From Heptranchias perlo (Eukaryota), in NCBI RefSeq assembly GCF_035084215.1, contig NC_090333.1, forward strand, positions 76,818,001 through 76,882,000: a stretch of DNA of 64,000 nucleotides, given 5' to 3'. The translations under genes were made by a program, and so were the position numbers. Shown here piece by piece: positions 39,701 to 52,400 of the stretch; positions within the stretch are counted from its first letter, which is position 1; each line of letters opens with the position of its first letter. The notes below the pieces were generated by a model that saw only the letters and a program-made list of their open reading frames with translations, had not been told where the DNA came from and ran no database searches.

Positions 39701-40429
39701 CAGCCCGGTTGGTTGGTTAAGTTCTGATTAATCACACCTAAACATCAGCCTTTTCTTTTTCTGTTGTTATATTGGAATTTAAACTTACTTGTTACATAGT
39801 GCACTTTGTAGAATTGACTTCCATTCATCTCTTTGGAACAAATGAAAGCATGCTCTGATCAATGTTGAAGTATGTCAAGTTTTCATAGATTTTTAACTCT
39901 CCATCCCTCTCCAGTCTGCGGTCTCAGCAGTCCTACTGTAAATAATTGGACTTCAGGCTTTTGCTGTTAAGTTTTTTTTTGTGTTATGAAGGGCAGCTTT
40001 TAACTCTTACACAGTTTGTTTACATCTATTGTACAGCTTTAATGCAGAACTGTTCCATGAGCAGGTTGTGATATCCGAACTGGACTTTATAAACTGAACA
40101 GCTGGGTGTGAAGTGATGTGCAGCTGCTGTTCAACATGGTACTCATCAACTCAGCTTTGTTACAGCATGCCCAATTTAACCTTATTGAAGTTGTTTGTGG
40201 AGATAAATTGGAGGCATTGATGTCGTTCCCTGACATCTGTGGAGAATAACTATCTTTATTAATAATAAATTGCTCATATATTTCTGGGTCTTCAATTGTG
40301 AAACTATTGTGCTACCCCAGTCATCCAACTGCGAAAAGGTAGTGTTGTCATTTAATGTCACAGTAAACGCTCAGAAGATGCTCAGTTGCAAACTTGAATG
40401 CAGAAGTTGTCCCACAACTAAGAGACAGC

Positions 40430-40790
40430 CAGTGAAGTAGCAGTGCCTCTGAAGGCCACTGATGGGGATATGGTATTGAGCAACTGTAAAGTAGTACATC
40501 TCCTGAACCATTTCTTGGCATCTGTGTTCATCGAAGAAGATACTGACTCTCTCCTGGAAGTGAGGGTTGATTTTCCAGGAAAGGAGGAGGACATTTTAAG
40601 GACAACAGCAATTACTGATAAGGAAGTGATTGAAACATTGAAGGCTGCTAACATCATTAATTTTAGGAGAGTGTCGGACAGGCATTTGTTGAGGAAAATT
40701 GTTTGAGGGATACAAGTAGTGAACTGGGTATTCTGATTGTGAACTCTTGAGGCCAACCAAGTGGACTGGAATGGTTTTCTTTGGTTTTGT
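40430..40790 (+). mobile_element. Old, deleted CR1 ORF2 fragment
   Basis: LLNHFLASVFIEED resembles CR1 LNEYFASVFTEE; followed by a tail-like sequence. Confidence 0.5.
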
Positions 40791-42225
40791 AGATTCTCAG
40801 TTATTACTGCAATGAATTAGTTATCCAGTGAATTTGTCAGTAATTTATTTAACACAGTTACTTATGGTTTCTTTCACTGCACTAATTAAACATACCTCCT
40901 GTGTGTTTTATGTCAAGTGGCTGTCACCTTTCCCTGGAAGATTTTAATCCCATTTTTGTAACCTGTATCCCATTTGCTTGGTTTAAGGTAAAAAAAAATT
41001 GAGCTGCAGTTTATTACAGCCCTGAAGGAGCTGATCTGAATTTCCAGCTGTATGTCATTCCATCAGAACATAACATTTTAAAACATGTGTGAGTCAGTAA
41101 TGGAGCATCAACCCCTACTTATTTTCTTTCCTGAACTGTCAGTTTTCAAGTATCAGAACAATATTTTCAAATACTGAATGTTAAGTATTGAAAACATGGC
41201 AATGAGTTTTTAAAAACCTTCTTACAGGACAGTGAAAATGATAACTGGTCAAAAACATCCTCTCAGCTTCTAGGTTAGAGCTTTTTAATCAAGTTATAAT
41301 CTTTGTTCGTACGGCATTTGCTGTGGCCTGGCAGTGAAATGAAGTGAAATAAACTCGATGATAAAAACATTTGAACCTGCTGTGCTGTTTGTTGCTGTCT
41401 GCCAGGACATGTGCCATTGGGGGAGAGAGGAGGGAAGTTTGCTCACCTCAAACTTATCCTGCAGACACGTACAATACTTGGTTGGAATAGATCTCAAGAA
41501 GGCCACGCCTTAGGTTGAAATGGTGAATCCACTGGGAGCTTTGCGATTTCAATCACCCTTGAGTTTTCCATGCTTTGCTTTTAACCATCATTGGAATGGT
41601 TTTCATTTTATTTAATCTGTTGTAAAATGTAGAAAAGGGGAGAGAGTGAGATGAAAGTTCAGTTCATGGTTCGTGTGATATTCATAAATAAGTTGTGCTT
41701 CGCTGTTGTGATTTGTGATCCTTTCCTGTCATCTATAATTCTGTGCTCTGCCTGCAGAGTTTTAATTTAAAACTTTGTTTTTGTGGACGTTGAACAGATT
41801 TTCTTGTTTGGGGAACATTCCAGAGTGGCCTAAAGATTGGAAGAGTGTTTATTGCAGATAATTCAGGAAGAGTTTTGTAGGGGATTAGAAGAAATTCTAA
41901 TTGATAGGCCTATAACTCCTGAGCACGATAGATGAAAACAAGCAACATTGGTCCATCAGAAGAAGAGCGTGCATGTAACATACTGTGTCTGGTCAGTGTT
42001 TAGGATTCCTAACGTTGGGAAGAGCCCACTGATGGCAGTCAGGAGTGAGAACTCATCAGCTGAGTTACTTTTGGTTTCTCCTCACTCTTCTTGCTCCCAT
42101 CTCTGTCATTTTCCAGAGAAGCTAAGGCCATGTTTAATGCTCACCGTTGGCCTCACTGACATTGGCCAAGTAAGAGTGGACCAGCTAACATAGTTGGAGT
42201 GTCAGTTGGAGTATCTAGACGCTCA

Positions 42226-42976
42226 GGGCTGGATCTTGCTGGAAAATGAATAGTGCGTTCATGGCGCACTCCATTATTAATGTGCAAATCGGCCAAGACG
42301 TTCAGGCGATTAAGGGTTACGACGTGAGTTGTGAATCACCAGAACTTGCTGGTCAGTTTATGCTGTTGCTTTGCGAAAATGGCATCTCGCCTTTAGCCTC
42401 CTCGTTATTTTTAAGAACTTGCTGGATTTGCACATTAATTGTCCATTAAATTTGCCACAGAAAGTTAAGTCTGGTAATTAAGAGCTTAATTACTTTTTTA
42501 ATAACATAATTGTCAATGCAATGCTAATCAACCTCTCTGGTCCAGATTGGGAACAGTTTGATGTGTTCAATCTCATTCCTACATGCAGTCAAATGTTAGA
42601 GATTTTAAAGATGTAAATTTCAAATTTTAAAATGTTTTTCTTTCTTTCCCTTTCTGTCTCTTTTTTTCTCTTTCTCAATCCAATCTTTCTTTTCCTCACT
42701 TTATTTCTCTTTCTGTAGATGATTAGACCATATTTCACCCTCCTTCTCAGTCGTGCCTCTGTTTCTTCCTTAATCCTTAAATCTCATTGGTTAAGGAGAT
42801 ACACTGTTGGCCGCACAGTTGACTAAGGTCCAGGTGCCCCATTGCCCTCGCCACTCTGTTATTCGCTAACATTTCCAGCAAGTTACGGTGCAAAACATTT
42901 TCGAGCTGATGGGTGCAGGAAAAAGTCTTAACTAACGGCGTACACCACGAGATGCGCCTCCAGCAAGATTTGTGTT
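42226..42976. mobile_element. Putative non-autonomous DNA transposon (PIF/Harbinger-like MITE)
   Basis: Inverted repeat atcttgctgga (42233-42243) / tccagcaagat (42959-42969); internal repeats of cttgctgg/ccagcaag; CpG-containing subterminal regions. Confidence 0.55.
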
Positions 42977-44134
42977 TCAGTTAATAACAAGTCTGGGTCT
43001 TGAGTTCTTTGATTTCCTTTTAAGACTTTGCACCTTGACATCAAAAGCACAGTGATCAGTGTTGGTAGTTTGAGATTCCAATTTAAAAATAACTGAAAGG
43101 ATCTGTGTAACTCAGGATTAGAATACTTCCATAGCACTGAGTCTGACCTGTTAATAATTCTTATTAATTCTGCAAGTTTTGCCAGCGAAATCAACATGTG
43201 AAAAAGTAGTGTTTTTTTTAAAACGCTGTCTCCTCCGAGTATGTAAAATGCTGTTTGCTTCTTGTAAAGAAATGACCATTTTCCAATATGTACCTTTCAT
43301 ATTCTGATACATGGTAACAAGTTGCAGTAATTAGTTTAAGGTGAGCAGTCCGTGAATATAATTTTTTTCCCCTTTTTTTGGGTTTTGATTTTTTTTGTGG
43401 ATATTTCAAGAGAATAATAATTTGTAAAATGAGTGAATCCTGGCAGACAAAGATTGGGCAAAGTATAGGTTTCATTTTAGAATTTGGTTGCTCTCCAGTA
43501 TTGTACAGAAAGTACTGTTCTGGTGGAACGTCCACACTGATTTATTAGATCATTCTAAAGAATCAAGGTACCCTGAACTCAAGCTGCAATTAAACCGAAG
43601 CAGAACTCATTGTTCATTTAAAAACTTGCAGTAGAGCTGAACAGAAAATGTTTTGACTTGATTAGCAGAACAGCAGTGCATAATTGCAAACAAAATTGGG
43701 ACTTTCTATTGTTGTGCAAATGAATCAGAAAAACTGGATAAAATGCTCTTCAATAATATCGTTATTTTTCTTATGAAACAAGATGATATGTTCAGACAAT
43801 TTGCACCCTATAAATGGGGTAAATTAAATTGCTTGAAAATTTTTGAAACTCTTTCCCCATTTTTCCTTGCTGACTATGGATGAAAAGTTGATCATTTTAT
43901 GCTGTAGATTCTGCTGTGTGACCAGATATGATTATGATTTGGGCTTCTCAAGGTACACTTTCTCGTGCCGAGCATCAAAGCCCTGTGGGCAAACCTATGC
44001 TTCCTATGAACTGCCCAGAAACTTAGTGCGCAAAGTAGTTTAGGATCTTGTGCTGTGGTCATACCACAGAACCAAACCAATTGTTGTCTGGGGATTACAT
44101 GTCGGATTTCCAATATGCACTTGCGTCACTGTCT

Positions 44135-44492
44135 TTAAGATTATGAAGGGGTTTGATTGGGTAGACGTAGAGAAGATGTTCCCACTTGTGGGGAGACCAA
44201 AACTAGGGGCCATAAATATAATATAGTCATCAATAAATCCAATGGAGAATTCAGGAGAAATTTCTATACCCAGAGAGTGGTTAGAATGTGGAACTCACTA
44301 TCACAAGGAGTAGTTGAGGCGAATAGCATAGATGCATTTAAGGGTAAGCTAGATGAACACTGAGAGATAGGACTGGAAGGATATAATGATAGGGTTAGAT
44401 GAAGAGGGGTAGGAGGAGGCTCGTGTGGAGCATAAATGCTGGCACACACCAGTTGGGCCGAATGGCCTGTTTCTATGCTGTAAATTCTATGG
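44135..44492 (+). mobile_element. CR1 3' fragment
   Basis: TRGHKYNI...RRNFYTQRVVRMWNSLSQGVVEANSIDAFKGKLD plus tail. Confidence 0.88.
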
Positions 44493-45017
44493 AGTGACTG
44501 ATGTTGCATTACAGACGTTTCAGTAGCATGCTAAACCACTGCACCAGTTTATTCATAGATGGTCACTTACAGTAAGAAGCAGTAACAGCGAGTTGTTGGT
44601 CAGTTCAAGAAACAGAGCAACTTGGAAACCGTTCATGAAAAGGTTAAACGGACAAATCAGTCCTTTGCATTTTCTTTGGCTTTCTTTGCAGCTCTTTCAA
44701 CAAAAGATAGACAGATATCCTTGGAAAATAATCAGCTGCCCAATCCCTAACATTTTCTAAGAATTACGTGGACATTCCTACCTCCGTGGTTGTATTTTGC
44801 CTCCTCGTTAGTGCAGCCAAGTCAAAACCATAACTAAATGGTATACCAAAAATGTCCAATCCTTATACACATCAAACCCTTCCACATACAGTCTTGTATT
44901 AACACAGACACTTCACACAAACTCTGAACATCAGGTTCTGTAACACATATACAATGGTATGTGAAGGACACCAAAACTATGTGATAAATGCTATCTATGC
45001 TAGGGATATCTTATATG

Positions 45018-45431
45018 TGATGTCCCAAAGCGCTTTACAGCCAGTGAGGTACTTTTGAAGTGCAGTCACTGTTGTAATGTAGAGAAACGTGGCAGCCAAT
45101 TTGCGCACAGCAAGGTCCCACAAACAGCAATGAGATAAATGACCAAATAATCTGTTTTAGTGATGTTGATTGAGGGATAAATATTGGCCAGGACACCGGG
45201 GAGAACTCCCTGCTCTTCTTCGAATAGTGCCATGGGATCTTATACATCCATTTGCAAGGGCACACAGGGCCTCTGTTTAACGTCTCATCCGAAAGACGGC
45301 TCCTCCGACAGTGCAGCACTCCTTAAATACAGCATTGGAGTGTCAGCCTAGAATATGTGTTCAAGTCTCTGGAGTCGGGCTCGACTCTAAGTCAGAGGCA
45401 AGAGAGCTACCCACTGAGCTATGGCTGACAC
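45018..45431 (-). mobile_element. Deu-domain SINE (SacSINE1-like)
   Basis: Reverse complement of the 12799-13220 family, including core tttaacgtctcatccgaaagacggc...gacagtgcagcactcc. Confidence 0.85.
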
Positions 45432-45509
45432 CTTTTGATAAGTATGTTCATGTTTTGCTCAGTTTGTGTGCATTCCAGTTTTTTTTTAATATCAGAAATT
45501 GGTCACTTT

Positions 45510-46122
45510 CTGAGTCCAAAAGTATGGAAGTCATGATTAACCTTTATAAAACACTGGTTCGGCCACAACTGGAGTATTGTGCCCAGTTCTGGGCACCACG
45601 CTTCAGGGAAGATGTGAATGCCTTCGAGAGGGTGCAGAAGAGATTTACTAGAATGATTCCAGGGATGAGGGACCTTAGTTACATGGATAGACTGGAGAGG
45701 CTGGGGTTATTCTCCTTGGAAAAGAGTCGGTTGCGAGGAGATTTGATGGAGGTATTCAAAATCATGAAGGGTCTAGACAGATTAGATAGCGAGGAACTGT
45801 TCCCATTGGCAGAAGGGTCAAGAACCAGAGGACATAGATTTAAGGTGATTGGCAAAAGAACCAAAGGTGACATGAGGAAAAACGTTTTTACACAGTGGGT
45901 GGTTAGGATCTGGAATGCACTGCCCGAGGGGGTGGTGGAGGCAGATTCAATCATGGCCTTCAGAGAGGAACTGGATAAGTACTTGAAAGGAAAAAATTAG
46001 CAGGGCTACGGGGAAAGGGCGGGGGAGTGAGACTAGCTGGATTGCTCTTGCGTAGAGCCGGCGCGGACTTGATGGGCCGAATGGCCTCCTTCTGCGCTGT
46101 AACCTTTCTATGATTCTATGAT
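45510..46122 (+). mobile_element. CR1 3' fragment with (ATTCTATG)-type tail
   Basis: LYKTLVRPQLEYCAQFWAP...GDLMEVFKIMKG...FTQWVVRIWNALP; tail ttctatgattctatgatt. Confidence 0.92.
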
Positions 46123-48679
46123 TGAGCCTGTTTAGACCACTTCCCCACAGGCAACATTTGAGCAGGCAAAGGTTAAAGTTCTGCTCTGCTCCGTTTTCCT
46201 TTTGTGGCCTTAAAGGGGATGATTTAAATTAGCTCCACCGTAGCTTCCCACAAGGCAGTCCCTTTATACCTCCCCTCACCTCTTTCGAGATTACGTGGAA
46301 GCTAACTGGTGTGGTTGAGGGATGTTAGTCTCTGAAACAGCAATCAGGACGTGTTCATTGGTCTCCTGATGCTTTAGATTGCCAGCTTGTGAATTAGCAA
46401 AGGGCTGTCATTACCCAGATAATCCCCTTGTGATATTCATTATGTGTTACATTGTATAATGCTCCTGCTGTTAGAAACAGCCTACTTGCTGCAAGAAATG
46501 CCACGACTGATCCGTTCATTGTAAAATCATGACATGAGGTGGTAATTTGTTCACGGAGGAGAAATAGGCTAAAATTTCAGTGAAGAAGTGCAGGAAGCGG
46601 TCTTTCTCGAAGTGTAGAGTGCACAGACTCATCAAAGCTCACGAGCGTACAGACAGATACACTACTTCAGTGACTGTGTCGCACATTTGGGATTGGAGGA
46701 TCCATGCACCTGAACTAGTTTGGACGTTTAGCTGTGGTGTTTTCTGGGGACTTGGGTGTGTCATTCCACTGAGGTTTTCCCCAATTTGTGGCCATTGTTC
46801 TCCCTGTCCAGTTCATTGTGTCACTCTTGAACTCAAAGCAGAGTTAAAAACAAACAGCAGGTAGCGGTTAGGAAAAGAATGCTGTGCAGGCCACACATGG
46901 GTGTCAAGTGCAAGAGGCAAAGAGTGGAGAGTGTTGTCAGGTCAGTATAATGAAATGTCAGGCCAGCAACCAGAAACAAAATCCAGAAAATAGATTTTAA
47001 GTGACAGATTTTTGGCAGCTTCAGAGGGGTGAGATGTGACGGTAATTGGAAGTGGAACAAATACAAAACTGAAACAAAAGCTCACTTGCTCAGCACTGTG
47101 CTCTTCGAGTGACAGGTCTAGATACTAAAGAGAACATTGCTTTCAAATAATTAGACAATATATGCAACATGTATGGACTGAATGGCCGCAATTGTTTTTG
47201 TCTGCTGATATTTCTATGGTGACCTTGGGATTTTTATCAAATTTTCGTATTAGGCACTGTAAGTTTTGAGATTGTTTGTTTTAGCTCAGCCGTGTTGAGG
47301 CATTTTTGCTCTGAACGAACACACACAAAGTTGCTGTTGTGCTTTTCCATCAGCAAATGTTCCAATTTGAAGATGTTGTCGTGGTAAACCAGTTACTCGT
47401 CCTATCGACTGAGCACTTTGATAGTATTCTAGTGCACACATTCTTCTGGTTCAGTTTCTCGGAATTCAAGAGTGAGGGGAAGAGATAGATCGGCAGCAGT
47501 GTTCAATTTGTTTCAGAGACCATCTGTGTCGTATTTGAAACAATGCTTCAATAAAATCGTTTGCCAGCATGGCACTATTTGAAACTGTGCTCCTATACTC
47601 GTGATTGATGGTGCCTTTAAAACTATTTTTGTGACTTTCCCAATGTTTAGCAAATTTCTTCAGCGTGGACTCTGATTTTTATTGATTACTGTGGGGGTAA
47701 GGAGTTGAGAACGTAACCAGAGCTTCTCTTCAGGAGATTAAATGGATGGGGTCGAGTCCATGGTAGGATCGAAGTAGTCTCGCTGAGCCCAAAAGGCTTT
47801 TCTTTTCGCACAGTTCTCTGTGGTGACTGTATAGCCTCTATATGTGTTGATGACTGACTTCATATGTGCAGATCCTGAGGCAGGAGTTGGGGAGGGGGGT
47901 GGGGGGAGGAAAGAGGGGGTGGGGAGGGAGGGAGGGGAAAGAGAGTAAGGCTGATTTGTTCTCTCCCACCCCAAATTGTTTGTGGTGCGTTTTGTTATCA
48001 TTCAATCCCTGCGCTCCAGATAGGAGAGGAAATGCAGAGATTATGCAGAGCTCAGCTCGTGCACGCATGCCTGCAAGAATCAGTGATGGCATTGAACCAT
48101 GAAGTAGGTGAGCAGTACTTTCCCATAAGGGAAGGCTTTATTGGATATCATCATGCACAGTATCATCAGGTGATTGTCAATCTTCTTTTAGCAAGTCAGT
48201 AACCACGCCCTCCACCACCCCCCGCCCCCCCCCCCCTTCCCAGCCAAACTGAAATCTATTGGAGCAAAATGACTTGGCAGAATGTTGTCAGCCCCACCTC
48301 ACACGCAGCTCGCTGACATGAAAAGACCACTCCTGACAGTGAAGGTAAAAAAAAACCCTTCTTCAGTCTTTGTGCTTCTGTGCCAGTTCTTATTTCTCTC
48401 TCCTTACACGGTGGTTGCATGTATCGCAGCAGTGGTATAGTGTCTTTGAGCCTGGAAAAAGTTGCCTGAGCTGAGCTGCAGAAATCTGGCCTGGCAGATA
48501 TTTACACGGGGCCCAGGTCGAAGAGCTAACTGTAAACCACCCTGGGCCCAAAGGCTGGTGCTTTCAGGCTTGGCATGTTTTGTGGCTTTTGGGAAAAACC
48601 TCATTTTCAAGTCTGCTTTCGGCCAAGGCCTGAAGTGATGACTGCCGTTCCTGACCAGCTGCTACCCATGAGAAAGAGG

Positions 48680-49116
48680 GAATGGCAGACGGGCCCGCGC
48701 CGGGTACGTGAATGGCAGACGGGCCCGCGCCGGGTACGTGAATGGCAGACGGGCCCGCGCCGGGTACGTGAATGGCAGACGGGCCCGCGCCGGGTACGTG
48801 AATGGCAGACGGGCCCGCGCCGGGTACGTGAATGGCAGACGGGCCCGCGCCGGGTACGTGAATGGCAGACGGGCCCGCGCCGGGTACGTGAATGGCAGAC
48901 GGGCCCGCGCCGGGTACGTGAATGGCAGACGGGCCCGCGCCGGGTACGTGAATGGCAGACGGGCCCGCGCCGGGTACGTGAATGGCAGACGGGCCCGCGC
49001 CGGGTACGTGAATGGCAGACGGGCCCGCGCCGGGTACGTGAATGGCAGACGGGCCCGCGCCGGGTACGTGAATGGCAGACGGGCCCGCGCCGGGTACGTG
49101 AATGGCAGACGGGCCC
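48680..49116. repeat. Perfect 30-bp GC/CpG-rich minisatellite, 14 full units plus 17 nt
   Basis: Unit gaatggcagacgggcccgcgccgggtacgt repeated without variation. Confidence 0.98.
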
Positions 49117-49427
49117 ACGGAGGAACAAAGAGGGGAAATGCATGTGAAGCTACCTGGGGTTCCTGGGATGGAGCAGACGGAGCTATGTAGACCAAGAAAA
49201 TCAGACTCCAGGAGGGACCAAGAAAAGCTGACAGAGCTACATCAGGGAAGAGACCACAGACGCCGTGACAGATAGATGGAGGGAGAGAGAGAACCACACA
49301 CGGGAAATTGAAGACGGTCATAAACGCTTAGTGTATAATAGTTTACTCTGGATGAACTCTAGTATTTATTTGTCAATGACTGCTTGAAAACCTTGCATTT
49401 ACAAAAGTAAGCAAGAAATAAGTTTAA

Positions 49428-52400
49428 AAAAAGGAATGAGGTCCTGCAAGCAGAATACAGGGAGTTAGGAAATAAATTAAAAAATAGGACCTCCAAGGTA
49501 GTAATCTCAGGATTACTCCCTGTGCCACGTGCTAGTGAGAGCAGAAATAGGAGATTAGACCAGATGAATGCGTGGCTTGAGAGATGGCGTAGGAGGGAGG
49601 GGTTTAAATTCCTGAGGCATTGGGACCGATTCTGGGAAAGGCAGGAACTGTACAAGCTGGACGGGTTGCACCCAAGCAGAACCGGGACCAATATCCTCGT
49701 GGGGGCATTTGCTAGTTCTGTTGGGGAGGGTTTAAACTAGTATGGGAGGGGTATGGGAACCAAAGGGCAGGTACAGATGGGACAAATTCAGACCAGGAAA
49801 CGGGAAGTAGAAAAGCAGTTAGTGATGTAGTTAGCGACTCAGAAAGGCAAAAGAAGCAAAGGTTAAATAGTGTTCAGCACAGGAATTTGACGGGGTTAAA
49901 GGGTATATACTTCAATGCAAGGAGTATTACAAACAAAGCAGATGAGCTAAGGGCACAGATAGACACATGGCAGCATGATTTCAGTGCTATAACGGAAACC
50001 TGGCTTTAAGAGGGGGGTAATTGGCAGCTCAATATCCCTGGATATAGAGTTTTCAGGCAGGATAGAGTGGGTGATAAAAAAGGAGGGGGGGTAGCATTAT
50101 TGGTTAAAGAATCAATTACAGTTGTGAGAAGGGATGATATGCTAAATGGATCATCAATCGAGGCCATATGGGTTGAGCGAAGAAATAAAAAAAGGGGCAG
50201 TCACACTACTAGGAGTGTACTATAGACCCCCGAATAGCAAAAGGGAGATAGAAGAACAAATATGTAGGCAAATTTCTGAATGCAAAAATAAGAGGGCAAT
50301 AATAGTAGGGGACTTCAACTACCCTAACATCAACTGGGATTCAAACAGTGAGAGGGGCACAGAGGCGCAAAATTCTTGATCGGTATCCAGGAGAACTTTT
50401 TTAGCCAGTACGTGACAAGCCCAACAAGAAGGGTTGCGATTCTAGATTTAGTCCTGGGAAATGAAGATGGGCAAGTGGGTGAAGTTACAGTGGGTGACCA
50501 TATTGGGAATAGTGACCACAATTCAGTTAGTTTTAGCATTATTATGGAAAAGGACAGTGTTCAATCAGGAGTAAACATTTTAAATTGGGGGAAGGCAAAT
50601 TTCACAGAACTAAGAGGTGATTTGGCAGAAGTGGACTGGACACAACTACTTGAGGAGAAATCAGTGGCAAGCCAATGGAAGGCACTAAAAAGTGAAATTG
50701 AATGGGTACAATGCAGACATGTCCCCTAAAAGAAAAAGGGTGGCACTGCCAAATCTTGAGCCCCCTGTTTGTCTAGAAATATATGGGGCAAGGTAAAGCA
50801 GAAAAAGAAAGCTTATGACTGTCACAGCTAAATACTGCAGAAAGCCGAGAGGAGTATAGAAAGTACAGGGATGACGTAAATAAGGAAAGCAAAGAGAGGG
50901 CATGAAAAATATTAGCTAGTAGATTAAAGAAAACCCAAAGATGTTTTATCAGTACATTAAGAACAAAAGGATAGCTAAGGAAAAGGTGGGACCTATCAGG
51001 GATGATCAGGATAACTTGTGTGTAGAAGCAGGGGATGTGGGTAGGGTTTTAAATGAATATTTTGTCTCTGTATTCACAAAGAAAAGAGATGATCCAGATG
51101 TAGTAGTTAAAGAGGAGAGGTGTGAAATATTGGATAAGGTAAACATAACGAGAGAGGAAGTACTAGAGGCACTGGAATCCTTGAAAGTTGATAAGTCACC
51201 AGGGCCAGATGGATTGTTTCCTAGGCTATTGAAGGAAGCCAGGGAGGAAATAGCGGATGCTCTGAGGATCATTTTCCAATCCTCACTAGATACAGGGGAG
51301 GTACCGGAGGACTGGAAGACTGCAAATGTAATACCATTGTTTAAAAAGGGTACGAGGGAAAGGCCGAACAATTATAGAATCATAGAATCATAGAATCATA
51401 GAAGTTACAACATGGAAACAGGCCCTTCGGCCCAACATGTCCATGTCGCCCAGTTTATACCACTAAGCTAGTCCCAATTGCCTGCACTTGGCCCATATCC
51501 CTCGATACCCATCTTCCCCATGTAACTGTCCAAATGCTTTTTAAAAGACAAAATTGTACCCGCCTCTACTACTGCCTCTGGCAGCTCGTTCCAGACACTC
51601 ACCACCCTTTGAGTGAAAAAATTGCCCCTCTGGATCCTTTTGTATCTCTCCCCTCTCACCTTAAATCTGTGCCCCCTCGTTATAGACTCCCCTACCTTTG
51701 GGAAAAGATTTTGACTATCGACCTTATCTATGCCCCTCATTATTTTATAGACTTCTATAAGATCACCCCTTAACCTCCTACTCTCCAGGGAATAAAGTCC
51801 CAGTCTGTCTAACCTCTCCCTGTAAGTCAAACCATCAAGTCCCGGTAGCATCCTAGTAAATCTTTTCTGCACTCTTTCTAGTTTAATAATATCCTTTCTA
51901 TAATAGGGTGACCAGAACTGTACACAGTACTCCAAGTGTGGCCTCACCAATGCCCTGTACAACTTCAACAAGACATCCCAACTCCTGTATTCAATGTTCT
52001 GACCAATGAAACCAAGCATGCTGAATGCCTTCTTCACCACCCTATCCACCTGTGACTCCACTTTCAAGGAGCTATGAATCTGTACTCCTAGATCTCTTTG
52101 TTCTATAACTCTCCCCAACGCCCTACCATTAACGGAGTAGGTCCTGGCCCGATTCGATCTACCAAAATGCATCACCTCACATTTATCTAAATTAAACTCC
52201 ATCTGCCATTCATCGGCCCACTGGCCCAATTTATCAAGATCCCGTTGCAATCCTAGATAACCTTCTTCACTGTCCACAATGCCACCAATCTTGGTGTCAT
52301 CTGCAAACTTACTAACCATGCCTCCTAAATTCTCATCCAAATCATTAATATAAATAACAAATAACAGCGGACCCAGCACCGATCCCTGAGGCACACCGCT

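Noticed and set aside
45311-46000. 229-aa ORF
   Set aside because: Chance read-through from antisense SINE sequence into a CR1 3' fragment.
47885-47945. G-rich tract with G-quadruplex potential (similar G/C runs near 28455, 28795, 48220 and 63960)
   Set aside because: Low-complexity tracts are common in this sequence; no independent evidence of function.
48564-49321. Five long ORFs with decapeptide repeats; superficially a repeat protein or CRISPR-like array
   Set aside because: They are by-products of a GC-rich 30-bp tandem repeat that lacks stops in five frames. There are no spacers, no cas genes, and the context is a eukaryotic intron.
48680-49430. Minisatellite as a monomer-type 5' promoter of the downstream CR1
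   Set aside because: The CR1 appears 5'-truncated inside ORF1 and is separated from the array by ~300 bp of unrelated sequence.
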